Source of the DNA: an uncultured Bdellovibrionales bacterium
GTDB taxonomy: Bacteria; Patescibacteriota; Minisyncoccia; Moranbacterales; GWC2-37-73
Direction: 5' to 3'
Assembly: GCA_964484505.1 (NCBI GenBank)
Contig: CAZAFB010000003.1
Location: 37,044 to 101,043 of the forward strand
DNA: 64,000 nucleotides
Part shown: one piece after another, positions 12,173 to 21,365 of the stretch
How positions within the stretch are numbered: the first letter of the stretch is position 1
How the letters are laid out: every line of letters starts with the position of its first letter
Made by a program: the position numbers and the translations under genes
Notes under the pieces: generated by a model
What the model was told of the DNA's origin: nothing
Databases searched by the model: none
The model's input: the letters and a program-made list of their open reading frames with translations, nothing else

Positions 12173-12456
12173 AACACTGCTAAGTGAAAAATTGAGGCGT
12201 GGGAGATGTTAACTGACATCGACCGCGCCTTTTATTTTGCAAAGAAATTTCTTGAATTTCTTTGCACGCGGACAGATGCGGACGAGACGCAGAATTACGC
12301 GGAAAAATATCAAAACCGATTCGAATCTACGAATATCCGCAAATAAACTAAAAATGCAAAATACTTCGATACTCGAAAGTATCAAAGTATTTGACCAATT
12401 TATTTTTGAAGAAATTTTTTGATAAAAAAACAAAGCCATATGGCCTTGTCCTTATG

Positions 12457-12635
12457 TGCCGCGGGAGAGACATCTCACTCGCTCTGACTTTCAGTCTGAG
12501 CTCTTTGAAAACCCACGGTTTTCAAGACTTTCCTTCACGGGAAAACTCAGGTTTTCCCGACCCCTTTCCTGGTTCGAGTCTCCAAAGAAATAAAATTTAA
12601 AAGCCAACTATAAATAGTTGGCTTTTAAATTTCAG
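12457..12635. mobile_element. Small element at the tRNA-Leu 3' end, bounded by a duplicate of that end
   Basis: tgccgcgggagagac (12457-12471) vs taccgcgggagagac (12636-12650); internal palindromes shared with 41312-41385. Confidence 0.65.
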
Positions 12636-12719
12636 TACCGCGGGAGAGACTCGAACTCTCATGATATTGCTATCGCTGGATTTTGAGTCCAGTGCGTCTA
12701 CCAGTTCCGCCACCGCGGC
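12636..12719 (-). tRNA. tRNA-Leu(CAA)
   Basis: GCCGCGGTGGCGGAACTGGTAGACGCACTGGACTCAAAATCCAG...GTTCGAGTCTCTCCCGCGGTA cloverleaf with long variable arm. Confidence 0.95.
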
Positions 12720-12808
12720 GAGTATTGATATTTAGGCTATTCCAAGCCTTTTTACCTCTATATGATAAACGATTGAAAAGAGATTGTCAATGTGATAATA
12801 TAGATACG

Positions 12809-13305
12809 CGGTTAAGGTTATGGTAACGAGGCCAGTATCGTAAAAGGGTGATGATAACACGTCAAAATGCAAGAACCAAAACAAACAATTAAAAGTTTTC
12901 GTGATTTGGAAGTTTATAGAAATACATATGATGCTAGTATTGTGGTTATGAAAGAAATAGTGCCGTTGCTTCCGGATTCGGAAAAATATGATCTTAAAGA
13001 TCAATTATCCAGATCAAGCAAAGCTGTTCCGCGGCTCATTGCTGAGGGTTATGCAAAAAGACATCAGAAAGCAGGATTCCAAAAATATCTAGACGATGCC
13101 ATGGGAGAATGCAATGAGACCATAGTTGGACTTGAACAATGTTGTGATATTTATGATATCAATAAAGAAAAATGCCAAAAATTAATTGACACATATGATA
13201 AGTCTGGAAGACAATTATACAGATTGTCAGAAGCATGGAGTCGATTTAAAGACGGAAGACGTAACCATTAAACGAAACGGGCATCGTTACCGTTACCCTT
13301 TGACG
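12809..13305. mobile_element. Inverted-repeat-flanked four-helix-bundle cassette
   Basis: 12814-12841 is an imperfect inverted repeat of 13272-13300 (about 23/29). Confidence 0.6.
12867..13271 (+). CDS. Four helix bundle protein (23S rRNA IVP family)
   Basis: SFRDLEVY, LP.SEKY.L.DQL.RSS.AV...IAEGY, F..YL..A.GE..E motifs. Confidence 0.92.
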   Translation: MQEPKQTIKSFRDLEVYRNTYDASIVVMKEIVPLLPDSEKYDLKDQLSRSSKAVPRLIAEGYAKRHQKAGFQKYLDDAMGECNETIVGLEQCCDIYDINKEKCQKLIDTYDKSGRQLYRLSEAWSRFKDGRRNH

Positions 13306-13313
13306 AAGCAAGT

Positions 13314-14084
13314 ATGGCTAAGATAATTTCACTCATCAATCAAAAAGGCGGAGTGGGGAAGACGACCACTGCCATAAATCTCGCAACTTATTTGGCGGAT
13401 GCCGGTAAGCTTGTTTTGCTCGTTGATCTTGATCCGCAGGGGAATGCCTCCTCTGGACTGGGCATTGATGTGCGCAGCGTAACCCAGGGCCTCTATCATG
13501 CCATCATTGGTACTTGTAACCCCCATGATGTAATTGTGAGAATGAAAGAAATCGGACATGACATCATTCCAGCAACTCAGGATTTAGCAGGGGCGGGTGT
13601 TGAATTGGTGCACTATGACAATCGCGAGTTCAAACTATATGACGTGCTCAGACAAATCCGCACCGAATATGACTACATTATCATCGACAGTCCGCCTAGC
13701 TTAGGACTCCTAACCATAAACGGTTTGGTGGCGAGCGACGCAGTGATCATCCCGGTGCAGACAGAATACTTTGCTTTGGAAGGATTGAGTCAACTTTTAC
13801 AAACCATACAGCTCGTGCAACAGCATTTGCAACCGAAACTGGAAATTATGGGCGCAGTGCTCACTATGTATGACCGAAGGAATCGTTTGTCGCGCCAAGT
13901 GGTCAAGGAAATGCGAGAGCATTTTCCGGGGCATGTTTTTGATAGTGTGATTCCGCGCTCTGTTCGTCTAGCGGAAGCACCAAGCTATGGAAAATCCATT
14001 CTTAATTTCGATAGCCTTTCCAAAGGCGCAAGATCTTACAAGGCTTTAGTGAGGGAGATATTGGAAAAAGACAGTAATAAGTGA
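13314..14084 (+). CDS. parA: Chromosome partitioning ATPase ParA/Soj
   Basis: NQKGGVGKTT, DLDPQGNA, DSPPSLG, EAPSYG. Confidence 0.97.
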   Translation: MAKIISLINQKGGVGKTTTAINLATYLADAGKLVLLVDLDPQGNASSGLGIDVRSVTQGLYHAIIGTCNPHDVIVRMKEIGHDIIPATQDLAGAGVELVHYDNREFKLYDVLRQIRTEYDYIIIDSPPSLGLLTINGLVASDAVIIPVQTEYFALEGLSQLLQTIQLVQQHLQPKLEIMGAVLTMYDRRNRLSRQVVKEMREHFPGHVFDSVIPRSVRLAEAPSYGKSILNFDSLSKGARSYKALVREILEKDSNK

Positions 14085-14103
14085 TTTTTTTATAGTACTT
14101 TCT

Positions 14104-14183
14104 CTACGAAGTGCGAACAGGTACGAATGTACAAATGTGTTTATCGATGTTTCGTAATTTCGTATGGTTCATAATTCATAGAG
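14104..14183. repeat. Imperfect palindrome, family E-like (ACGAA / TTCGT units)
   Basis: ctacgaagtgcgaacaggtacgaatgtacaaat ... tttcgtaatttcgtatggttcataattcatag. Confidence 0.65.
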
Positions 14184-14213
14184 TGAAAATTTAACTATTC
14201 AAAACTATTTTCT

Positions 14214-15137
14214 ATGGCTGCTCAAAATTTTGGTCTCGGCAGGGGATTATCATCACTTATACCTAACGCAGGCACTGCGCCACAGACAGATGCGCCGGTA
14301 GGAAAACGTCCCGTGATCGGCGAAGATGATTCGATTCGCGGTGACAAATATGTCGTGGAAATCGATATTGACTCAATTGTGCCAAATCCGCAACAGCCGC
14401 GCATCCGTTTTGACGAGGAAAAATTGGCCGACCTGGCTTCATCAATCAAAACACATGGAATCATTCAGCCGTTAATAGTAAGTCGCGATGGCAATCAATA
14501 TGAAATTATTGCCGGTGAGCGTCGTTATCAGGCGAGCAAAATTGCCGGACTGAAGAAATTGCCGGTGATTGTTCGTGAAGCCGGGGAATTAGAGAAGCTT
14601 GAGTTGGCGATAATCGAAAATATTCAACGTCATGACCTTAATGCAATTGAAGAGGCGAAAGCATATCAAAAATTGATAGATGAATACCAAATGAATCAGG
14701 AGGAGGTTGCTTTCAAGATGGGGAAGAGTCGCAGCTTGGTAGCTAATAAAGTGCGTTTGTTGTCGCTGCCTGTGGAAATTCAACGGGCGCTTATTGAAGG
14801 CAGGATTACCGAGGGTCATGCAAAGGCGATTTTGGCAATTTCCAACCCTGAAAAACAACGCGCTCTATATGAACTTATTCTCAGAGATAATTTGACCGTA
14901 CGCCAAACTGAAGACAAGACCAAAGATATTTCGGTCAAACCGCATAAACGTGTCGTCAATGTCGACCCTGCATTAAAAGAAATTGAAGAAACTCTGATTG
15001 GCGCTCTTGGCACGAAAGTTAAAATTTCCAAAGCCGGCAATGGCGGGAAAATCGTGATTGAATATTATTCGCAAGAAGATTTGGATGCGCTACTAAATAA
15101 GATACGAACCACTGAAAATATAAGAACCACTGATTAG
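14214..15137 (+). CDS. parB: ParB/Spo0J partition protein
   Basis: GLGRGLSSLI, PNPQQPR, AGERRYQA, IIENIQR. Confidence 0.97.
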   Translation: MAAQNFGLGRGLSSLIPNAGTAPQTDAPVGKRPVIGEDDSIRGDKYVVEIDIDSIVPNPQQPRIRFDEEKLADLASSIKTHGIIQPLIVSRDGNQYEIIAGERRYQASKIAGLKKLPVIVREAGELEKLELAIIENIQRHDLNAIEEAKAYQKLIDEYQMNQEEVAFKMGKSRSLVANKVRLLSLPVEIQRALIEGRITEGHAKAILAISNPEKQRALYELILRDNLTVRQTEDKTKDISVKPHKRVVNVDPALKEIEETLIGALGTKVKISKAGNGGKIVIEYYSQEDLDALLNKIRTTENIRTTD

Positions 15138-15608
15138 CACGTGATTAAAATGATTGCACTGATCATAAATGCAGCATGAAAAAATATGTTGATGACAAAT
15201 ATTATAAATCTGAAGTAACCGGCAGCATAATTAACTGCGCGCAGAGAGTTCATCGCGAGCTAGGCAATGGATTCCAAGAAGTCATTTATCAAAAAGCTTT
15301 AGAAATAGAACTAAAACGTGCTGGCCTAAAGTTTGAACGAGAAAAGGAGATGGCTATTTATTATGAAAACGAACTCATCGGAACCAGGAGAGTTGATTTT
15401 CTTGTTGATAAGGATATTATGGTTGAACTAAAAGCAACTACAAAACTGGAAGACGTCAATGTGGCACAACTCATAAACTATATAGAGGCATATAAGGTAA
15501 AAGTAGGCCTGCTTATAAACTTCGGCTCAAAAAGTTTGGAAGTGAAACGTTATGTAAAATGATCCCTATCACGTGTAATCAGGGAAATCAGTGCTAATCA
15601 GTGGTTCT
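15123..15608. mobile_element. Full family-A element: perfect 18-bp TIR enclosing the GxxExxY gene
   Basis: AGAACCACTGATTAGCAC (15123-15140) / GTGCTAATCAGTGGTTCT (15591-15608). Confidence 0.85.
15176..15562 (+). CDS. GxxExxY protein (PD-(D/E)XK nuclease-like)
   Basis: VHRELGNGFQEVIY, RVDFLV...IMVELKA, Q..NY....GLLINFG. Confidence 0.95.
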   Translation: MKKYVDDKYYKSEVTGSIINCAQRVHRELGNGFQEVIYQKALEIELKRAGLKFEREKEMAIYYENELIGTRRVDFLVDKDIMVELKATTKLEDVNVAQLINYIEAYKVKVGLLINFGSKSLEVKRYVK

Positions 15609-17093
15609 CTAGTGGTTCTTTTTCAGCGCTCTTCTTATGTGGGATTTTGCCACAGAAGTGCGCGCGAACTTAAGCCAGTCGCCATTGGGCGATTTTCTAT
15701 CTTTGGAAGTTATAATCTCGATCACTTGTCCGTTTTTGATGATGTGATCCAATGGTATCATCTTCCCGTCAGCCTTGGCGCCGACCGTGTGGTGTCCGAT
15801 TTCGCTGTGGATGGCATAGGCGAAATCTATAGCGGTGGCTTCCTCCGGAAGATCGATAATATCGCCGCGGGGAGTGAATGCAAAAATGTGATTGCGAAAA
15901 AAATCTATTTTCAAGGTTTCCAAAAATTCTTGATCATCTCGACCTATTTCCGTTTGCCACTCACGCAATTGTTTGACCCAAACCAATTCTTTTTCGGTAA
16001 CAAGCGGCTTTTTGCTCATGAATAAAATATTTTTCCAGCTTTTTTTGGCTTTTTCACTATAAATCCAATGTGCTGCAATACCGAACTCGGCTTCATCATG
16101 CATTTTCTGAGTGCGTATTTGTACTTCCAAAATTCTGCCTTCCGGACCGAAAATAGTGGTGTGAATGGATTGATATCCATTTGGTTTAGGCAGGGATATA
16201 TAGTCCTTTATTCTACCGATCATGGGGCGATATTTTTTGTGAACTATGCCCAACGCCTCATAACAATCAGTAACTTCCGGTACTATTATGCGCACTGCTG
16301 AAAGGTCATAAATTCTGTTTATATCCATGTCGTGCTTCTTGAGTTTTTCAAAGAGACTATAGAGACTTTTGGCTCTCCCGTGAATTTCCAAGACGCTTAT
16401 ACCAGCATTGGCCAATTCTTTGCGAAGCTGTTTGATCGCCTGATTCACATAAACCTCTCGCTCCTTGTAACTTTTTTTAACCAATTCCTCGGCGTAGACA
16501 TAATTTTCATGGTCAAGATATTTAAAAGAAAGGTCTTGCAATTGAGTTTTGATTTCGCCGATTCCCAAACGGTTTGCCAGGGGCACAAAAACTTCCATGG
16601 TCTCGCGGGCGATGCGCTGCTGTTTTTCCGGGGGGTTGTGTTCCAGTGTCCGCATGTTGTGCAGGCGATCCGCCAGTTTTATGATAACGACTCGGATATC
16701 CGCAGCCATGGCCAAAAACATTTTGCGCAGATTTTCCAAAAAATATTCTTCATGGGAACCACGCAATTTCAATTTGCCCAATTTGGTTACGCCGTCAACC
16801 ATGTGAGAGATTTCACTATCGAAATTCCTTTCAATTTCTTCCAGAGTATATGCTGTATCTTCGGGAACATCATGAAGTAATCCAGCAGCTATTGTTTTAG
16901 CTCCCATACCTATTTCAGCCAGAATTTTCGCTGTTGCCAGGGGATGTTGAATATAGTCGTCGCCACTGCGTCTTTTTTGACCGCAGTGCGCTTTTTTGGC
17001 AACCTCAAAAGCCTTGCGGATTAAGGCATCTTTTTGCTTGTCCAAAGGGAATTTAAACGCTTTGATAATATCTTCAATGACTAATTGCTTCAT
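15609..17093 (-). CDS. relA: RelA/SpoT (p)ppGpp synthetase/hydrolase (HD-SYNTH-TGS, no ACT)
   Basis: H.GQKRRSG..YI.HP, LLHDVPED, KDYI..PKPNGYQSIHT, TGS domain DFAYAIHS. Confidence 0.95.
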   Translation of the reverse strand: MKQLVIEDIIKAFKFPLDKQKDALIRKAFEVAKKAHCGQKRRSGDDYIQHPLATAKILAEIGMGAKTIAAGLLHDVPEDTAYTLEEIERNFDSEISHMVDGVTKLGKLKLRGSHEEYFLENLRKMFLAMAADIRVVIIKLADRLHNMRTLEHNPPEKQQRIARETMEVFVPLANRLGIGEIKTQLQDLSFKYLDHENYVYAEELVKKSYKEREVYVNQAIKQLRKELANAGISVLEIHGRAKSLYSLFEKLKKHDMDINRIYDLSAVRIIVPEVTDCYEALGIVHKKYRPMIGRIKDYISLPKPNGYQSIHTTIFGPEGRILEVQIRTQKMHDEAEFGIAAHWIYSEKAKKSWKNILFMSKKPLVTEKELVWVKQLREWQTEIGRDDQEFLETLKIDFFRNHIFAFTPRGDIIDLPEEATAIDFAYAIHSEIGHHTVGAKADGKMIPLDHIIKNGQVIEIITSKDRKSPNGDWLKFARTSVAKSHIRRALKKNH

Positions 17094-17172
17094 ACAAAAA
17101 TACTGCAATTAAAAGCTGGCTCGTCTTTAGTATAGAGGATAAATCTTCAAATGGCTACCATCGGCAATAAAA

Positions 17173-17254
17173 TTAGGAGTTACGTGTTATAATAAATTTC
17201 AAACAAATATTATTTTTTGCTGAAATTTTAAAAATTAAAACGAGCAGATCCTAA
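17173..17254. mobile_element. MITE-like element, family I (internally deleted copy)
   Basis: Shares both ends with 60763-60883. Confidence 0.65.
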
Positions 17255-17304
17255 AAATAAAAAACCGACCCGTGAGAGATCGGTAAAAAATATTTTTTAG
17301 AACA

Positions 17305-19542
17305 TCAACTTTCTTTTTCGTAGGAGCATTCTTTGTTGGAACATTTGATTTTGCCTTTTGGTGCAAATCCCAAAGGTTGGCCGCACTGGGGGCAAAGTTC
17401 TCCTGTCGGCTTGTTCCACATCACGAAATCGCAAGCGGGATATTTATTACAGCCATAGAATGTCTTGCCTTTTTTGGATTTACGCGCGATGACATCACCT
17501 TCTTTGCATTTAGGGCATTTGAGACCGGTCTTCTGCTCAATCTTCATGATGTTCTTGCATTCCGGATATTTACTGCAACCCAAAAATGAGCCGAAACGTC
17601 CACGCTTGACCACCATCGGTGCGCCACATTTGTCGCAGACAATGCCGGAATTTTCTTCATCCTCCTTTTTTTCCTCAGCGGTCTTTTCTGTATATTTGCA
17701 AGTGGGATAGTTGGTGCAAGCGATGAATTTGCCGAAGCGCCCATATTTGAGCACCAAATCACCGCCACATTCAGGACATTTGCGATCAAGTTTTTCCTCC
17801 TCTTTTTTAACGGTTTTGGTTTTTTCCTCCAATCTTTCGTGGAACGGCTCATAAAAATCTCGCACCACGGGAACCCATTTTTTGTTGCCTTCAGCGATTT
17901 CATCAAAATCCTGTTCAAGTGTTGCAGTGAAGCCAGTATCCACTATCTGAGGAAAATGTTCCACCAGCATATCGTTCACCAAAAAACCGATTTCCAAAGG
18001 GAAGAGTCTTTTCTCTTCATTTTTTTCCACATATTTGCGGTCGATGATCGTGGAAATGGTTGGCGCATATGTGGAAGGTCTGCCGATACTGTTTTCTTCC
18101 AAAACTTTCACCAAGGTTGCTTCACTGTAGCGAGGTGGGGCTTGAGTGAATTTTTGGTTGGGAATTATTTCTTTGGCAGTCAAGGCGTCGCCTTTTTTGA
18201 GCTCTGGCAAAAACGCTTCGGCGCTCTGGGCGCGACCCTCATATATTTTGAGAAAGCCGTCAAAAATGACGGTACTGCCATTGGCGCGCAGCAGATAATT
18301 ATTTTCAGAAGTTTTGGCTGTGATGTCTGCTTTCACCGATTTCAATTTGGCCGGCTGCATTTGGCAGGCAAGCGTGCGGTTCCAAATGAGCTTATATAAT
18401 TTGTATTGGTTTGGTTCCAGAAGCGGCATTAGTTCGTCGGGATTTTTTTCCGGGTATGTCGGGCGGATCGCTTCGTGCGCTTCCTGAGCGGATTTTGATT
18501 TATTTTTGTAATAGCGCGGCGCTTCCAAAGCATAGTTTTTGCCAAACTCTTTTTCAATCGTCTTTTTGGCATTGACTAGAAATTCCAAGGAAAGATTGAG
18601 ACTGTCCGTACGCATGTAGGTGATAAAACCCTCTTCGTATAATCTTTGTGCGATGGACATGGTTTGCTTAGCGGAAAAGCCATGGGTATTTATGGCAGCT
18701 TGCTGCAAGGTGGAAGTGGTGAAAGGCGCTGGCGGGGTGCGCAGAGTTTCTTTCTCCTCGACATTTTCAACGGAGTAGCTTGCTTTTTCCAGCTCAGCCA
18801 CTATTTTTTCAGCATCTTTTTGGTTGGCAATGATGCTTTTTTTGGTTTTATAATCGCCGGCAAAAAGTTTGAGCGTCACAGTCTGTTCTGTTTTTTCTCC
18901 ATTTTGCTCGACAAGGTTGGATTCAAAAGATTCTTCATTCTTGAGCAATTTGGCAGTAATAGTCCAGTATTCCTCCTTATTGAATTTTTCAATTTCACGT
19001 TCTCGTTCCACGATCAAGCGCAGAGCGACTGATTGCACGCGTCCGGCGCTGAGACCACGGCGCACTTTTTTCCAAAGAAAGGGCGATAATTCATAACCGA
19101 AAAGGCGGTCCAACACTCGCCTTGCTTGCTGAGCGTCGACCAAATTGAGGTCGATCTCCCTTGGGTTTTCCAAAGCTTTTTCAATTGCACTCTTGGTGAT
19201 TTCATGAAAAACGATGCGTGAAAAAGGCTTTTTGTTTTTTTTCTTGAGATCGAGAGCTTCCACCAAATGCCAAGAAATCGCTTCTCCTTCACGGTCTTCG
19301 TCGGATGCCAGAATGACTTCCTCGGCTTTTTCCAAACCTTTCTTGAGTTCGGTTACTTTTTTACGCGCAGCCATCGGCACGATATATCGTGGCGTAAATT
19401 CATGCTCAATATCGATGCCCATTTCGCTCTTGGGCAGATCGCGCACGTGTCCAAATGATGATTTGACCAAATAATCCTTCTTGTTCAGGAATTTGGTAAT
19501 GGTTTTGGCTTTGGTTGGGGATTCGACAATTACGAGCTTCAT
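17305..19542 (-). CDS. topA: DNA topoisomerase I
   Basis: IVESPTKAKTI, SAGRVQS, ITYMRTD, C-terminal zinc ribbons. Confidence 0.99.
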   Translation of the reverse strand: MKLVIVESPTKAKTITKFLNKKDYLVKSSFGHVRDLPKSEMGIDIEHEFTPRYIVPMAARKKVTELKKGLEKAEEVILASDEDREGEAISWHLVEALDLKKKNKKPFSRIVFHEITKSAIEKALENPREIDLNLVDAQQARRVLDRLFGYELSPFLWKKVRRGLSAGRVQSVALRLIVEREREIEKFNKEEYWTITAKLLKNEESFESNLVEQNGEKTEQTVTLKLFAGDYKTKKSIIANQKDAEKIVAELEKASYSVENVEEKETLRTPPAPFTTSTLQQAAINTHGFSAKQTMSIAQRLYEEGFITYMRTDSLNLSLEFLVNAKKTIEKEFGKNYALEAPRYYKNKSKSAQEAHEAIRPTYPEKNPDELMPLLEPNQYKLYKLIWNRTLACQMQPAKLKSVKADITAKTSENNYLLRANGSTVIFDGFLKIYEGRAQSAEAFLPELKKGDALTAKEIIPNQKFTQAPPRYSEATLVKVLEENSIGRPSTYAPTISTIIDRKYVEKNEEKRLFPLEIGFLVNDMLVEHFPQIVDTGFTATLEQDFDEIAEGNKKWVPVVRDFYEPFHERLEEKTKTVKKEEEKLDRKCPECGGDLVLKYGRFGKFIACTNYPTCKYTEKTAEEKKEDEENSGIVCDKCGAPMVVKRGRFGSFLGCSKYPECKNIMKIEQKTGLKCPKCKEGDVIARKSKKGKTFYGCNKYPACDFVMWNKPTGELCPQCGQPLGFAPKGKIKCSNKECSYEKES

Positions 19543-19544
19543 AA

Positions 19545-19670
19545 TGCTAATTGTTGCTAATGATAAATACGAATGAACGCTAATAATATATGCTAATTAT
19601 TGCAAATAAATAAATGTGAATGAGTTTACTTTTCAGCAGCTTTTGTGTTTATGATTTGCGAAAATTAGCA
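19545..19670. repeat. Degenerate palindrome with GCTAAT / ATTAGC units between dprA and topA
   Basis: atgctaattgttgctaatg...cgctaataatatatgctaat ... aaaattagcat. Confidence 0.5.
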
Positions 19671-19672
19671 TG

Positions 19673-20752
19673 CTAGAGTCTGATGAAATTATGCCCACCC
19701 ATATCTTTTACCGCTCCTTGCATTTCCAAAATGGAGAGCGCAGAAATGACAGTCGATGTCTCCAGTTTAGAGAGTTTGATTATTCTGTCAACGTGAACGG
19801 GTTCAGAAGAAAGTGTCTCATATATTTTTTGATGCTCTTTGTTTTCAAATTCGCGCTTTTCAGTAGGTGGAATAATATCTGCACTACCCAAGGAAAATTC
19901 TTCCAAAATATCATTGGCACAAGTCACTATTTTTGCACCGTTTTTGAGTAGAAAATGTGTGCCGAAACTTTGCGGAGAAAGGATTGAACCGGGAACTGCG
20001 AAAACTTCTCTCCCGTTTTCCAAAGCATGATTTGCAGTAATAAGACTGCCGCTGCCTTCTGCCGCTTCAATAACTATTGTACCCGCAGTCATGCCAGCCA
20101 TGATACGGTTACGAGCAGGGAAAGAGCCATTGGTGGGTGGTGTGGGCACGGGATGTTCACTTATGATTGCGCCGCCATTAGCGATTATTTCATCGCCCAA
20201 ATTGGCATTGGAGCGAGGAGTTATATTATCGCGATCGACACTACTGCCAAGTACGGCAACAGTTAGTCCGTTTGCAGCAAGCGTACCGCGGTGCGACTCG
20301 GCATCGATACCGAGAGCCAAGCCACTGACTACGATTATTCCGGCGCCGGCCAATTCATGAGAAAGTGTTTTAGCGACGTGCAGGCCATATGATGTGCAAT
20401 TGCGAGATCCTACGATGGCAAGCATTTTTCCACCCAATACCGATGCATCACCTCGTATATATAATAGGTAGGGAGGATTATGAATATGCTTAAGCAGGGG
20501 AGGATAATCCGCATCTTTTATTGTTATGATTTTGATTTCCGCTTGTTCATTTCTTGCCCACAATTCGTCGACATCCATCTTTGCACGTTCTTTTACTATA
20601 TTTTCCGCGATTTTTGCGGTGATGCCCGATTTCTCGAGCTCAACAAAATCAGCAACCCAAGCAGATTGGGCGGAGGGGAAATAGCTCATGAGCAAAGTCA
20701 GCTTTTGCGAACCGACGCCGGAAATGAAGTTGAGAGCATTTAAATATTTCAT
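19673..20752 (-). CDS. dprA: DNA-processing protein DprA
   Basis: AIVGSR..T.YG, VSGLALGID, FPARNRIMAG, EAAEGSGSLITA. Confidence 0.97.
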   Translation of the reverse strand: MKYLNALNFISGVGSQKLTLLMSYFPSAQSAWVADFVELEKSGITAKIAENIVKERAKMDVDELWARNEQAEIKIITIKDADYPPLLKHIHNPPYLLYIRGDASVLGGKMLAIVGSRNCTSYGLHVAKTLSHELAGAGIIVVSGLALGIDAESHRGTLAANGLTVAVLGSSVDRDNITPRSNANLGDEIIANGGAIISEHPVPTPPTNGSFPARNRIMAGMTAGTIVIEAAEGSGSLITANHALENGREVFAVPGSILSPQSFGTHFLLKNGAKIVTCANDILEEFSLGSADIIPPTEKREFENKEHQKIYETLSSEPVHVDRIIKLSKLETSTVISALSILEMQGAVKDMGGHNFIRL

Positions 20753-20941
20753 AAACCGATCCGAAACTACGAATTATAGCCTAATCTACGAATAGAAAGC
20801 CTTTTTGCTGGGAAACTTAACATGGGAATAATTAATAAAAACTTTGTATTTTGTTTGGTTATTTCCAACTATACCACAAACAGGCAAAAACTCATTGTTT
20901 GGAATGAGTTTCTGTTGTATAATTAAATTACTTATATTTGA

Positions 20942-21355
20942 GTGAAAAATATGCCCCAAAAAAATAAAGCATCCGTATTAGTCTACTCACTGGTTATTCT
21001 TTCGGTGATGCTTTTAATAGCGCTTGCAATGACGACTTCTTCGATAACAGATCTTACGACCTATCAAACTTCTGCAAAATCTAACCAGGCCCTCCAGGTT
21101 GCGGATAGCGGTTTGAACAAAGCTGCAACTTTCATCAAAGAAAATGCAACTGGTAAAATCAAGGATTTGGGAGCTTGCACGGAAGGGAAAGTCATCTTTG
21201 ATATAGCGGGAGGAAAATGTGAGATCACTTTCTATGATTCTGCAGGAAGTCTCATAAAAAATTGTGAAACCCCTTGTTTTTCCGTGGCCAGGATAAAGTC
21301 TATCGGAAAATTCGGAGGAACGGCCAGAGCTCTGGATGTACAAGCTTTTCATTGA
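20942..21355 (+). CDS. PilX-like minor pilin/hypothetical exported protein
   Basis: Hydrophobic N-terminal helix then S..A...ADSG pattern; C-terminal IKSIG....TARAL. Confidence 0.55.
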   Translation: MKNMPQKNKASVLVYSLVILSVMLLIALAMTTSSITDLTTYQTSAKSNQALQVADSGLNKAATFIKENATGKIKDLGACTEGKVIFDIAGGKCEITFYDSAGSLIKNCETPCFSVARIKSIGKFGGTARALDVQAFH

Positions 21356-21365
21356 TTGGCAAAAT

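Noticed and set aside
12867-13271. Diversity-generating retroelement (Avd-like gene) or 23S rRNA intervening sequence
   Set aside because: No reverse transcriptase, no TR/VR pair and no rRNA gene in the window.
15609-17093. RelA lacking the ACT domain as a truncation caused by the element
   Set aside because: The ORF runs intact through TGS and the following helix. A naturally short form is equally plausible and cannot be distinguished without orthologs.
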